A stretch of DNA of 64,000 nt from an uncultured Nitrososphaeraceae archaeon (GCA_963779615.1 CAVZZA010000003.1:224001-288000); one strand, 5' to 3'; positions 1-11,329 are shown, counted from the first letter of the stretch. Notes: generated by a model from the sequence alone, not told the origin. A program made the numbers and translations.

Positions 1-342
1 ACCGCATGTGCTTTTGTCCCCATCTATGTGATAATAATGATAAAGTCTGGCAGGTCCAGAAATCGTATACTAATGTTTTAGGTATTGCAGTGATTGAGTC
101 GTTTCCCCTCAAAAAAGTCATTGCTAAACAAACAGCATACAGAATCTGTAACCCTCCAGCGTATTGCGCACAAACAGATAATCAAGTCCAAACGGTATTG
201 AAACCATATTTGATGGGACTTTACAATAGAAAATGTTAGGCCAGGGTTAAATTTTCTACAATCAGTACCCTGAAGTATTGCCATCTGTTTATTTTTTTTC
301 TCTTTGTATACCAATGTAATAAGGATGAAAATATTTACGAAT

Positions 343-1662
343 TCAACCTTTGGCTGGAAGATGGATGGCTTCTCCATCAATAGCTCTTGCAGCTTCCGCA
401 AATGCCTCTGGAAGGGTAGGATGAGCATGTATTGTATCGAAAACGTCTTTAGGACTTAGTTTCATTCTGATTGCTAGTGCTGCCTCACCTATAATTTCTC
501 CAGCGTGTGGCGCAATAATATAGGCTCCGACAAGCCTTCCTTCCTTCTCAAATACCTTAACTGATCCCCTTGTGTCCCCCAAACAATTTGCCTTTGCGCT
601 TGCAGCAAGTGGAAATTCTCCAGATCTTCCATGCAAATCCCCTACGAATGCAACCTCTGGATAGGTGAATACACATACAGGTAAAGATCGATAGTCAATT
701 CTGTTGTCTTTTATTCCCATTATGCTTTCAGCCACGACCTCGCCCTGCTTTGATGCAACATGTGCAAGCTCATACATACCAGTTATATCACCAATTGCAT
801 ATACATTGGCAACGTTAGTTCGCATTTTTTCATCCACACCAACACCTTGTTGATCGAATGCTACACCAATATCATTTAGTTCATTAGCATTGGTATTGGG
901 CTTTCTCCCTATGCAAACTAGTATTTTTTCTGCAACAAGCTCTTTTCCATTAACAAAAGCAACGTTGTCAATAATTTTTTCGACTCTGGATTTTGTCAGT
1001 ACATTGACACCATCTAGCCTCATGTACTTCTCAATTGAACTTCCGACTTCCTGTATTTGAAAAGGCATTAGATGATCTTCAGCCTCGATCAAAGATACCT
1101 TGCATCCCATAGCATTCAAAATAGAGGCAAATTCACATCCACTGTACCCGCCTCCAACAATGGTAATCGACGTGGGTAAGTCATCTAGTTCCAGAATTGA
1201 ACTGGTCGACAGTATGTTTTTTCCAAATTCGTAACCTTGCAAACAAACAGGGTGGCTGCCGGTAGCAATAACAATATTTTTTGTCTCCAGCGTGGTGTCA
1301 TTGACTTCCACTTTATTTTCTGAAACCATGTGTGCTTCACCCTTCAGCAGATTGACACCATTGCTTTTTAGGAGAAGATTTATCCCAGAAGCGAGTCTGG
1401 AAACTGTGGCATCCATCCTTGACTTTAAAAGCCTATAATTCAATTCAGTTTGGATATTTAACCCGTTCTTCTTTGCGCCTTTTGCTCTTCTTATTGTATC
1501 TCCCAAGGAATGAAGGTACTTGGTGGGAATGCATCCCCTTTGGGTGCAGGTTCCACCCAGTCCGTTCTTCTCAATTAGGCAAACGTTACCACCAAGTTGC
1601 GCTGCTCTAATAGCGCAAGCATAACCACCAGGGCCTCCCCCTATTACTATTGCATCATACAT
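343..1662 (-). CDS. lpdA: Dihydrolipoyl dehydrogenase (glycine cleavage L protein)
   Basis: GGGPGG FAD motif, GGTCTQRGCIP redox disulfide, HAHPTLPE C-terminal motif; sits in the gcv cluster. Confidence 0.95.
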   Translation of the reverse strand: MYDAIVIGGGPGGYACAIRAAQLGGNVCLIEKNGLGGTCTQRGCIPTKYLHSLGDTIRRAKGAKKNGLNIQTELNYRLLKSRMDATVSRLASGINLLLKSNGVNLLKGEAHMVSENKVEVNDTTLETKNIVIATGSHPVCLQGYEFGKNILSTSSILELDDLPTSITIVGGGYSGCEFASILNAMGCKVSLIEAEDHLMPFQIQEVGSSIEKYMRLDGVNVLTKSRVEKIIDNVAFVNGKELVAEKILVCIGRKPNTNANELNDIGVAFDQQGVGVDEKMRTNVANVYAIGDITGMYELAHVASKQGEVVAESIMGIKDNRIDYRSLPVCVFTYPEVAFVGDLHGRSGEFPLAASAKANCLGDTRGSVKVFEKEGRLVGAYIIAPHAGEIIGEAALAIRMKLSPKDVFDTIHAHPTLPEAFAEAARAIDGEAIHLPAKG

Positions 1663-1714
1663 AATGCCTACCCTCCATAACTACCAAACGCTTGGCAATA
1701 AGCCTTTGAGCTAG

Positions 1715-2458
1715 TTATAATTTCTTTTTCCAATTCCACGGATCTGAGGCATATTTCTCACTGGCCAACTTTTTGGCTTTTTCCGCCTCTTCAATGGTTG
1801 GATCGTCTGCAACAATCTCAGAGCCAAATTTTTCACCGAAAGACTCCTTTAGAGCCCAGGATACCTCTTCAAACGTCTTGTCCAATCCCATCACCCTTGA
1901 TTTTGCATCGCTGATCATCTTGTCCCTGATTTTCTCAGATGGAACCTTTAGCACGGAAAACATCTTCTCAACATTAACACCTAATAATATAGTTCCATGC
2001 TGAAGTAGTGTGTTTTTCTTCCTAGTTTGGGCATTTCCAGACACTTTCTTGTTGTCGACTACTATGTCATTCAGTGGGGCAAATTTTGCGTTAAAGCCAA
2101 GCTTATTTATGCACATTACCACTGGATCGCATATCAAATTGTAAGATTCCATGATGTTTTTTGGATAAATATTTGTGATGAACGAATAAGTCAGTTCAGA
2201 ATCATGCAATACCGCTCCACCTCCTGTTATTCTCCTGACAACATCAATACCCATTTGCGCACACTTTTTTAGATCCACTTCCTCATCAATGCTCTGGAAG
2301 TACCCTATAGAGACAGTTGGTGGTTGCCAGCCATAAAGCCTTAAAATGGGCATATCATTGTTTGCGCCGTGCATTAACACCTCATCAAGAGCCATATTCC
2401 ATGGCCCCGGGTTGTGCCCAGTCTCCAAAATTCTGATTTTGCCAAACTTGAGACTCAT
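1715..2458 (-). CDS. lplA: Lipoate-protein ligase A family, catalytic domain
   Basis: NMALDE, RRITGGGAVLHD, KKVSGNAQ and LQHGT motifs. Confidence 0.9.
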   Translation of the reverse strand: MSLKFGKIRILETGHNPGPWNMALDEVLMHGANNDMPILRLYGWQPPTVSIGYFQSIDEEVDLKKCAQMGIDVVRRITGGGAVLHDSELTYSFITNIYPKNIMESYNLICDPVVMCINKLGFNAKFAPLNDIVVDNKKVSGNAQTRKKNTLLQHGTILLGVNVEKMFSVLKVPSEKIRDKMISDAKSRVMGLDKTFEEVSWALKESFGEKFGSEIVADDPTIEEAEKAKKLASEKYASDPWNWKKKL

Positions 2459-2496
2459 TGCTCCTTCATCCTCCTTTTGTTTTTTCCTGTTAGTAA

Positions 2497-2784
2497 CTAG
2501 CCGTGTTCATGACCTAAACATCCAAGAATTGCATCTGTCATAGATTCCAGATCAAAACCAAACGCCTCAGAGCCGCTCAGGCATTTTTCGACCTTTTGTC
2601 CAATAGAGTCCTTATCTAACTTTGCGCCAATCAAACCGACCTCAAGTGTGTCCAAACTTTCCTCCGGGTAAAGAAAAAAATCCCCTGTTATTGTTATAGA
2701 GTCAATTGTTTTACTGTGCTCATCATATTCCAGTGAAACCTTGATCAATTTTTTTGATTTGTATATATTATTTGCCTTTCTCAC
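2497..2784 (-). CDS. Lipoate-protein ligase C-terminal (LplB-like) subunit
   Basis: KLIKV...ITITGDFFLYPEE motif; adjacent to lplA. Confidence 0.8.
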   Translation of the reverse strand: MRKANNIYKSKKLIKVSLEYDEHSKTIDSITITGDFFLYPEESLDTLEVGLIGAKLDKDSIGQKVEKCLSGSEAFGFDLESMTDAILGCLGHEHG

Positions 2785-2850
2785 TTATCATTCCACTACC
2801 CGCATCTTTTCAAAAGACAAGCAAATCCTCCCTACCTGTCTGCCTACCCT

Positions 2851-4311
2851 TCACCGTCTTTTTTCATCATGTTGTGAAGGTATGGTCCATCTTAAGTTCG
2901 GCTTTCGCGCTGCTGCAACCTCGTCTAGCCTACCAATTGATTTTGTGTATGGAGATCCCTTGGCAATATCGGGGTTTTCCTTAATCTCATCTGCTATGCT
3001 TCTTAATGCCGATGCAAACCTATCCAGCGTTTCTTTGCTTTCTGTTTCGGTGGGCTCAATCATCAATGCTTCGCGAACAATCAGGGGAAAATAAATAGTA
3101 GGTGGGTGAAAACCATAATCCATGAGCCTCTTCGCAATGTTTAAAGCGCTCTTTTCGCCAAATTTCCTGGAAGATAAGACAAATTCATGAGCACACCTTC
3201 GGTCATACGGAAGTTCGTATGTATCGTTTAACAGACTGAGAAGGTAATTGGCATTCAAAATCGCGTGTTCAGATACCTTTCTCATATTTGTGCCCCATGA
3301 CTTGATATAGCAATAAGCTCTGACCAGCATTCCAAAGTTTCCATAAGAATACCTGACCCTTCCCACAGATTTCCTTAGGGTATAATCCAGGGTTAACTTG
3401 TTGTCTTGCTTTGTTACCCGTGGCAATGGCAAATAATCCTCCAGGAACGACTTTACCCCTACACTTCCTGCTCCAGGGCCTCCGCCACCATGCGGAGTTG
3501 AAAAGGTCTTGTGAAGGTTCAAGTGAATCATGTCAAACCCCTGGTCGCTCGGCCTGGTTATTCCAAGTAGCGCATTCATGTTTGCACCATCACAATACAT
3601 TAAAGCCCCATTGCCATGTGCAAGGTCACTAATCTCCAGAATCTTTTCTTCAAAAAGTCCAAGGGTATTAGGATTTGTTAGCATGACAAGCGCCACATCA
3701 TGTGTAAGTGACTCCTTGAATTTGCAAATATCCATGTTGCCCCGGGAGTCAGAGGGGATGGTAATGGTATCAAACTTGCACATGCCCGCAGTTGCAGGGT
3801 TTGTGCCATGGGCAGAATCAGGGATAATTATTTTCGTTCTTTTTTCATTCTTTTGCCTAAAGTAAGCCTTTGTTATCATAATGCCTAAAAGCTCACCCTG
3901 TGCTCCGGCTGCAGGCTGCAGTGAAAAGGCGTCCATGCCTGTAATTTTCTTCAAGTCTTGTTCAAATTCCCACATCAATTGCAGCGATCCCTGAGTGCAG
4001 CTTTCATGAGAAAGGGGATGAAGATCCATGAATCCACCCAGCCTTGCGATATCCTCATTTATCTTCGGGTTGTACTTCATTGTACATGAACCCAGTGGGT
4101 AAAATCCAAGGTCGATACCAAAATTTTTTCTTGACATGTTGGTGTAGTGTCTTACAACACTGATCTCGCTCACATTTGGAAGGGGAAGTTCTTTTCGGAT
4201 CAGGTCTTTTGGCAGTCCGGTAAGAATGTCTTCAACCCCTTCTTTTTGGTTGTCATCAACACCACGCACATGTCCTGTGGCTTGTTCTTCGTATTCGAAT
4301 ATCAGCTTCAC
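2851..4311 (-). CDS. gcvPB: Glycine dehydrogenase (decarboxylating) subunit 2
   Basis: PLGSCTMKYNP and HLNLHKTFSTPHGGGGPG (PLP lysine); GTG start at 4311 overlaps the gcvPA stop (GTGA). Confidence 0.95.
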   Translation of the reverse strand: MKLIFEYEEQATGHVRGVDDNQKEGVEDILTGLPKDLIRKELPLPNVSEISVVRHYTNMSRKNFGIDLGFYPLGSCTMKYNPKINEDIARLGGFMDLHPLSHESCTQGSLQLMWEFEQDLKKITGMDAFSLQPAAGAQGELLGIMITKAYFRQKNEKRTKIIIPDSAHGTNPATAGMCKFDTITIPSDSRGNMDICKFKESLTHDVALVMLTNPNTLGLFEEKILEISDLAHGNGALMYCDGANMNALLGITRPSDQGFDMIHLNLHKTFSTPHGGGGPGAGSVGVKSFLEDYLPLPRVTKQDNKLTLDYTLRKSVGRVRYSYGNFGMLVRAYCYIKSWGTNMRKVSEHAILNANYLLSLLNDTYELPYDRRCAHEFVLSSRKFGEKSALNIAKRLMDYGFHPPTIYFPLIVREALMIEPTETESKETLDRFASALRSIADEIKENPDIAKGSPYTKSIGRLDEVAAARKPNLRWTIPSQHDEKRR

Positions 4312-5579
4312 TTTCTTAGTGTCCCCTTTGTTACTGAAATAAAAGATTCTATGTCTTGAACTGTGTTCATCTCGGTGCAGCAAATTAACATCTTATCCTC
4401 ATCCAAATTGAGGCCCCCAAGAATCCCATTTTTGAGCAGGCTTGAGGAAATGTTTTCAGAGGAACCCTGAGGCGCACTCACAATGAACTCGTTGTAGAAT
4501 GGCTTTTTGTTTAGGGTTGTGAATCCACATCTCCTCAATTTATCGTGCAATAGGTGTGCCCTACTGTAAGAGAGTTTGGCAACATTGGTTAGCCCATCCC
4601 TGCCCATAAGAGCCAAATAAATAGTCGATGCTAGAGCCATCAATGCCACATTTGTTGTTATGTTGCTCGTGGCCCTTTCTCTTCGTATATGCTGCTCGCG
4701 AGCTTGAAATGTCAGCACAAAGCCTTTGTTTCCCTTGGAGTCTGTGGTCATGCCGCAAATTCTTCCGGGGATTTTCTTTAATAAAAAATCCCTGACACCA
4801 ATAAACCCAAGATACGGGCCACCAAAATTTATTGGAATGCCAAATGACTGTCCTTCGCCAACTACTATATCTGCACCATAGTTTCCAGGAGGTTCCAGTA
4901 TTGCGAGTGAGGTAGGCTCTACTACACAGGTAATAAAGAGCGCGCCGACTCTGTGTGCCTGTTCGGACACGTACTGCAAATTCTCAACGTTTCCGTAGAA
5001 ATCAGGGTTCTGCGCAATCACACATGCCGTATTCTCATCAATCTCATTTGAGAGTTTGAGGTCCGCTACCTCAAAGTACGTTTTTAGAACTTCAAGATAT
5101 TGAGGGTTGAGGCCATCCTTTACAAAAACGCAATTCCTTCCGCTATATGATGAACAGAGCAATACTGCCTCTGCCAATGCAGATGAACCATCATACATGG
5201 AAGCATTGGCCACATCCATGCCTGTAAGCAGGCATATGAACGATTGGAATTCGTACATAGCATGCAGGGTTCCCTGACTCATTTCTGCCTGATATGGCGT
5301 ATAGCCTGTAAGGAATTCTCCCCTCAATAACAAATGGTTTACTGCAGACGGGATATAATGGTGGTAAGATCCACCTCCAATAAAGTATTTCATGATCTTG
5401 TTCTTTAGGGATAGATTCGTCATATGTGCCCCAAGCTCAAGCTCACTCATTGGGTCAGAGAGATCCAGTTCTTGATTAAAAAGTGGCTTGAAATCCACTG
5501 TTAAGTCATTTATCGATCTTACCCCAATTTGCCTTAACATGTCTTCTCTATCTTTTTTAGTTGTAGGTATGTAGTTCAT
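4308..5579 (-). CDS. gcvPA: Glycine dehydrogenase (decarboxylating) subunit 1
   Basis: YTPYQAEMSQG, ANASMYDG, REQHIRRERATSNI motifs; start could be 5579 or 5591. Confidence 0.95.
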   Translation of the reverse strand: MNYIPTTKKDREDMLRQIGVRSINDLTVDFKPLFNQELDLSDPMSELELGAHMTNLSLKNKIMKYFIGGGSYHHYIPSAVNHLLLRGEFLTGYTPYQAEMSQGTLHAMYEFQSFICLLTGMDVANASMYDGSSALAEAVLLCSSYSGRNCVFVKDGLNPQYLEVLKTYFEVADLKLSNEIDENTACVIAQNPDFYGNVENLQYVSEQAHRVGALFITCVVEPTSLAILEPPGNYGADIVVGEGQSFGIPINFGGPYLGFIGVRDFLLKKIPGRICGMTTDSKGNKGFVLTFQAREQHIRRERATSNITTNVALMALASTIYLALMGRDGLTNVAKLSYSRAHLLHDKLRRCGFTTLNKKPFYNEFIVSAPQGSSENISSSLLKNGILGGLNLDEDKMLICCTEMNTVQDIESFISVTKGTLRK

Positions 5580-5621
5580 AATAATTGACATCCAACCCGT
5601 TCTTTCATCTTTTCCTTCTTC

Positions 5622-6011
5622 TTATTCCTTTTCCATTTCGCCAACGAACTTGTTATATTGCTCACTTGTCATCAAACTTTTAAGCTCTTCATCCATATTC
5701 GAGGGTTTCATTTTCACAATCCAACCCAATTCGTGCGGGGATTGGTTTACCAGTTCGGGATGCTCAAGCAACTCCTCGTTGACATCCACAACCTCTCCGC
5801 TCAGGGCACAGTATATGTCAGAAGAGGCCTTTACCGAGTCAATTATAGCCATTGTTTCCATGTACCTAAATACACTGCCGACCCTTGGCAACTCTATCGA
5901 AACTATATCCCCTATCTGTCTTTGAGCAAAATCTGAAATCCCCATAACAGCAATTCCTTCCTGTATTATAATCCATTCGTGCTCTTTTGTAAATCTTGTT
6001 CCCTCATTCAC
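5622..6011 (-). CDS. gcvH: Glycine cleavage system H protein
   Basis: FTKEHEW, GISDFAQ and DSVKASSD (lipoyl lysine) motifs. Confidence 0.95.
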   Translation of the reverse strand: MNEGTRFTKEHEWIIIQEGIAVMGISDFAQRQIGDIVSIELPRVGSVFRYMETMAIIDSVKASSDIYCALSGEVVDVNEELLEHPELVNQSPHELGWIVKMKPSNMDEELKSLMTSEQYNKFVGEMEKE

Positions 6012-6043
6012 AGAGATCTATTTTTAATGTTCTATAAAAAATC

Positions 6044-7108
6044 TTATTTTCTCCTATAGAAGCGTGTGCTGCTAACTTTTGCTTTATACAATTTACCGCT
6101 AATATTAATTTCAATTAATTGGTTTGGCAAAACACGTATAGGAACAAAGCAAAAGCCAATGGATTTTTTTATAGTTGGTGAAAAGCTTCCGCTCGTCACA
6201 AAACCCGCCTTCTCCCCATCAACTAATACTTCGTTTCCGTGCCTAGCTATCCTTTTTTCCTGAACCTCAAACCCCACAAGCTTTCTGTTTATCTGCTGAG
6301 TCAATAATGCTTCCCTTCCAATGAACTCTTTCTTATCAAACTTTACCGTCCATTTAAGGGGAACCTCTAATGGAGTAGTATTTTCGTTAATGTCATTTCC
6401 ATAAAGCATTAGACCAGCCTCCAATCTGAGCGTGTCTCTGGCACCCAAGCCGTTCGGTTTGATGTTAAATCTGGAACCTGACTGCATGAGCTTGTTCCAA
6501 ATATCCATTTTTGAAGAATCAAAGAACAGCTCAAAACCATCTTCTCCCGTATAACCAGTCCTTGATATCACGCATTCTATTCCAAAAACCTTTGCAATAG
6601 CAATACCAAAGGGTTTTAAGAGATCCAGGTTTACGCCAACCATTGTTTTCTCAAGGACCTTTTGTGCAAGAGGCCCCTGGAGTGCCAGAAGAGCAGTTTT
6701 GTTACTAATGTTTTCAACAACAGCTGACTTTGAGTGCTTAACAATCCAATCCAGATCCCCTTCCCTGTTTGAGGCATTGACCACAACAAGAAATTTCTCC
6801 CTGCTTATTCTGTATATGATTAGATCGTCAATTATTCCACCATTATCATGGCATATGGGAGAATAGAGTGCCTGATGGTCGTCTAGTTTAGAAATGTCAT
6901 TAGTTACTAACGTTTGTATACAATCATAGGCATAGGAGCCTTTAACCTCAAAACGGCCCATGTGTGAGACATCAAACAGACCAACGTTTGTTCTGGTGTT
7001 GATATGCTCGTCAATTATTCCTGAATATTGCAGAGGCATTTCCCATCCATGAAAGCTCAGCATTTTTGCTTCAAGCGACCTGTGAATGTCATAAAAAGGT
7101 GTTTTCAT
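6044..7108 (-). CDS. gcvT: Glycine cleavage aminomethyltransferase T
   Basis: GLFDVSHMG, SRTGYTGEDGFE and GLGARDTLRLEAG motifs. Confidence 0.95.
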   Translation of the reverse strand: MKTPFYDIHRSLEAKMLSFHGWEMPLQYSGIIDEHINTRTNVGLFDVSHMGRFEVKGSYAYDCIQTLVTNDISKLDDHQALYSPICHDNGGIIDDLIIYRISREKFLVVVNASNREGDLDWIVKHSKSAVVENISNKTALLALQGPLAQKVLEKTMVGVNLDLLKPFGIAIAKVFGIECVISRTGYTGEDGFELFFDSSKMDIWNKLMQSGSRFNIKPNGLGARDTLRLEAGLMLYGNDINENTTPLEVPLKWTVKFDKKEFIGREALLTQQINRKLVGFEVQEKRIARHGNEVLVDGEKAGFVTSGSFSPTIKKSIGFCFVPIRVLPNQLIEINISGKLYKAKVSSTRFYRRK

Positions 7109-7194
7109 GTGTATGTAAGCCAGATAATAATTAACGAATGATGTGTTTAACTCTTATTATTATGATTGTTGATTGATTACAAAGGCGTGTAAAA

Positions 7195-8079
7195 GTGGAC
7201 CTAATAAAAAAACCAGTGTGGCTTAGAGCGAGAGCACCATCCGGAGAAAACTATACAAAGGTTAAACAATCACTCAGGTCACTAGACCTTCATACCGTTT
7301 GTGAGGAAGCTAGATGCCCCAACATATCAGAGTGCTGGGGAACAGGTACAGCCACAATCATGATTATGGGGGACACATGCAGCAGAGGCTGCAGATTTTG
7401 TGCTGTCAATAGCGGCAAGCCAGTTTTACTTGATGCAGAGGAGCCCAAAAGAGTGGCCAAGGCAATCAAAGAATGGGGATTGAGATATGTGGTAATCACC
7501 TCCGTTTGTAGAGACGACCTAAAGGATGGAGGAGCAGACCACATAGCCAAAACAATCAAAGCCATAAAGGATCTGTGCCCAAAAATAATAGTAGAACCGC
7601 TCATCCCAGACTTCAGGGGAAATGAGGATTCAATAAAAAAGGTGGTGGAATCAAAGCCGGAGGTTATAAGTCACAACATAGAAACCGTAAGCAGACTCAC
7701 GCCCAAAGTCAGGGATGCCAGAGCGTCATATGAACAATCTCTCCTGGTCCTAAAGAAAATCAAGGATATCGATTCAGCAGTCTTCACAAAGTCCTCCATA
7801 ATGCTTGGTCTTGGTGAAAACGAAAAAGAGGTTATTCAGACAATAATGGATCTGAGATCGGTCGGGGTCAACATATTAACTTTGGGCCAATACCTTCAGC
7901 CGAATCCAAAGTATTTGCCAGTTGCCGAATATGTCACACCAGAAAAATTTAACTGGTTTAGGGAAATTGCAGAGTCAATGGGGTTTGCCTATGTAGCTTC
8001 CGGCCCACTTGTTAGGAGTTCTTACAGAGCAGGCGAGTTTTTTGTAGAAAAAATTGTAGGCAGGAATAAAGGAGTCTAA
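7195..8079 (+). CDS. lipA: Lipoyl synthase
   Basis: CEEARCPNISEC plus radical-SAM CSRGCRFC and RSSY motif. Confidence 0.95.
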   Translation: MDLIKKPVWLRARAPSGENYTKVKQSLRSLDLHTVCEEARCPNISECWGTGTATIMIMGDTCSRGCRFCAVNSGKPVLLDAEEPKRVAKAIKEWGLRYVVITSVCRDDLKDGGADHIAKTIKAIKDLCPKIIVEPLIPDFRGNEDSIKKVVESKPEVISHNIETVSRLTPKVRDARASYEQSLLVLKKIKDIDSAVFTKSSIMLGLGENEKEVIQTIMDLRSVGVNILTLGQYLQPNPKYLPVAEYVTPEKFNWFREIAESMGFAYVASGPLVRSSYRAGEFFVEKIVGRNKGV

Positions 8080-8275
8080 ACGTTGCCTAACCACACCATA
8101 CTTACAAAATGCAAAATATAATGGCACAACAGATAAAGAATACAAAAGATAACGTGCGGAAAATATAAATCGCCTTTGATACGATTTATACTCATCTCTC
8201 CCAGAAGTAGTCTTTTAACAAATCATTGTCAAACAACATAATATTACAAGGACGCATACGATCCCATGCCATTAT

Positions 8276-8320
8276 TGGGCCCAAGGGGTTTAGTAATAGG
8301 TACATTACGGGCCTAAATTT
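8276..8320 (-). repeat. tRNA(CAT) 3'-end derived att-like repeat, type A
   Basis: + strand tgggcccaaggggtttagtaataggtacattacgggcctaaattt; matches tRNA 40819- (tgggcccaagggggttt) and the 39345 copy. Confidence 0.8.
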
Positions 8321-8384
8321 TCGGTTTTATAATTGCGACACCAATCCTTATCATCTTACCATCACTTTTTTTGGTTATTGCCAG

Positions 8385-8620
8385 ATCACATGGAAAAATT
8401 CTTGTCACTTTATCACAATGCAATGAGCAACGCACCTAATCCACAGGTTGTAGCCAATGAGACAATCCCAGCAGTAGAAATGGTTTAATGGAAATAAATC
8501 CTAATTCACTCAAAGAGTAACAGCGGAAATGGCTCCAAAAAATATTCTAAATTTAAAAAGGACCCATCGGAAAACGAATTTCACGAAATGCTAATGGAAG
8601 ACCAGCTAAAGCAGGCCAAA
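8385..8620 (+). pseudogene. Decayed 3' fragment of an SDR paralogous to 37832-38749
   Basis: ggaaaaattcttgtcactttatcacaatgcaatgagcaacgc...aaatattctaaattt aligns by eye with 38525-38750. Confidence 0.8.
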
Positions 8621-8833
8621 TTATTTCCATGGCACTTCATCATTTAATGATTATCATGGCAAGAAAGCAAAAAGCAAGCGAACAGAGCCGGTCCTGATAC
8701 TTTAATATATTTAACAAAGAACATTACATTGGTTATTTTAGACAGAGCACAAATACGCATTAATGTTGTAAATATGCCATAGCTCCAAGATACACAAATA
8801 AAAATGGGCTTGTGTTAACAAGTATGGTAATCG

Positions 8834-9891
8834 TTAATGTTCTTGAAAAATTAATGAAATTGGAAAATGATCACTAAACCCCTCCTTATTCATATAGCTT
8901 GGTTTCCCGCATTTTGTGGGTCTCCCGAATTTTTTGGGTACCTCATATGAATATCTTTCCTCATATAGAACGTATTCCCCTATCTTTTTGTTTACCTTAA
9001 CTGAACCATCTTTGACGCCTACTTTATTCACAAAAGCTATGGATTTTGAAACCATAAACTGGTCAAGCATATTGGGATAGGTTGTATACTTGTCGAAACA
9101 AGGGTCTGGTTCTTTTTTACCAAAGTAATAGGTAGCGAGACCCCGATTAACCAAAGACCACATCAGATTATAAAAGAAAGGAACATGTTCTGATTTTTCC
9201 AGTTGCTCTTTATAAGGGGTAGAAAACGCATAATCCATCAATGATCTGCTAAATGGCATGTCATTGAAGTCTCCCATTACTATTATTGGAATATCGTCTC
9301 CAAGTTCTTCCAAAATGCGTTTATGGAAATAGGACAAAGCATCTGCAGCAGCTATTCTATAAGGTTCAGTGATAAGTTCTCCGATAGTCCTGGACGGCCA
9401 ATGATTTCCTATTAGTACCTATTTGAGTACCCTGACGTTTTTATCCTAAAGTTTACTTGTAGGATGTTACGAGTAGCTTCCTCCCTTAAGACTTGGTGTG
9501 AAAATACAAGGTCTTTACCCGTTTGATTGTGTTTTGCTATTTCAAATTTTGAAGCGTCGTAAATAAATCCAACTTCAATGCCCCTTTTGTCGTCATATTC
9601 CTCATGCACAACCTGATAATTCCGAGGAACGAAGTTCTTTATTTTAGTTACCAACTTATTTACCACGGGTCCATCTTCCACCTCACAAACTCCTATTATG
9701 TCTGGACCATTGCCATGGTTCATCTTTGATATGATTTTTGCCAGTTGAGAGATTTTGGTAATTAGAACTTTTTCGTTCCACCCTATTAGCTCATCTTTTA
9801 AAACCTCTTTTAACCGGCTAGATCTTTCAGTAGAGTTTTCTATATCAAAAAGATTTTCTACATTCCACCACGCTACAAAATATTTATCCAT
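8834..9891 (-). pseudogene. Endonuclease/exonuclease/phosphatase family, frameshifted near 9410
   Basis: WWNVENLFD and GVCEVE in the upstream ORF; GDFND, LDQF and SDHFP in the downstream ORF; NHWPSR bridges the two in a shifted frame. Confidence 0.85.
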
Positions 9892-10189
9892 GTTTCAAAT
9901 AAAAAGACGCATATGGTATAAAAATAACAAAACAGTATAGTTTTTTTTATGATTTTACAGTAATGCTTTGTTGCACGGTTACATTAAATCGTTTCTGTTG
10001 GCGATTTGATTTATCACCCTAATACACAATGATAGCATAATTTAACGCGATTTTATAAAAATACGGCCCAGGTTTAGATGTTTTTTGAGTCATGTAACAA
10101 GCATAGCCAATACACCTTTGCAATTAAATGGATAGGAAAGGTTTCTTGGCAATATCTTTTACCGTGAATTTTGTGTTTCATCCAAAAAT

Positions 10190-10560
10190 GGTTCTATGAT
10201 TGCTGTAAACTTTTCTGGATGTTGCCAAAGATAACTACTTGATGATTTTTTGGTAGTTCTTGTAAATATATGAGGGCCAAACACCCATTACATTACCACT
10301 TCCACTAATTAGTAAAACAGGTTCACCGTTACCAAACATCTTGCATGCGATGTCTATGTCTCCAACATGGACTTTTTCTGTCTGCATGTCCTGCATTTTC
10401 ACCGAAATTTTTATACTGAATTCACTAGGTTTTTATCTGATTTACTGAAGACCGCATTAGGAGTGTCAATATAACCATTATTACTGATCAAGGAACTAGG
10501 GACAAGAGGCACAATGCGAAAACAAGAAGAAAGACTGATCTTGTGACCGCATTCTTCCTA
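10190..10560 (-). pseudogene. Secreted alpha/beta hydrolase remnant with a large internal deletion
   Basis: Minus-strand translation KVHVGDIDIACKMFGNGEPVLLISGSGNVM...QHPEKFTAII. Confidence 0.6.
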
Positions 10561-10809
10561 ACAGGCATATTAACGGGCGTGACTCTCGATGCGCCATGCG
10601 TTATTTAAGCATGCAGGATTACCAATTTGGCTGGTCATAAGGATTCAAGGGCTAGCCCTGTTACTGATAACGGGATTATCAATTAATAACCACTTGGAGA
10701 TTCAGAAGTAGAAAAAAATTTTCCTACAATCCTCATAGTCAATCTATGTGTACAATACAATAGAACAATTTTACTGAAAATCTTAAGGGAAAGATCTTTA
10801 AATCCACAT

Positions 10810-11329
10810 TTAGGCAATATAATCATATGATAAGGTATTGCAGATATACCCAAATTTCATCGATGCATTAAATAAAAAAGCATTGACTCTTTACAGGCTC
10901 CAGCAATACGACAAAGCCTTGGAAAAACTCGATGAGGCTATTTCAATGGACACCAACAATTCACACGCATATAATCTGAAGGGTCTTGCTTTAATGAATT
11001 GTAACCGATATTCGGAAGCTCTTTCAGCTTTTGATAAGTCCATAGAGATTGATTCCAAATATTTGGCACCTTTAAAAAACAAAGGCATTGTGTCCATGAA
11101 AAATCAAAAATATAATGAAGCGATAGACATTTTCACTAATGCATTGCAAATCGATCCCATAGATCAATTTGCAATGGATGCTAAGAGTACTGCAATGCAT
11201 CTATTAAACCTGTATTCCAGATTATATGTGATTGATGAAGCAAGCGAAATGAAGTCAGGACCAGATGGATTGTCTGAGTATTGCGGGACTCATGGGAAAA
11301 AAGGGGCCCACTCTAGCCATAACAATTAA
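10810..11329 (+). pseudogene. TPR-repeat protein, 5'-truncated
   Basis: TPR-like repeats (AYNLKGLAL, PLKNKGIV); upstream in-frame text AI*SYDKVL contains a stop. Confidence 0.7.
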
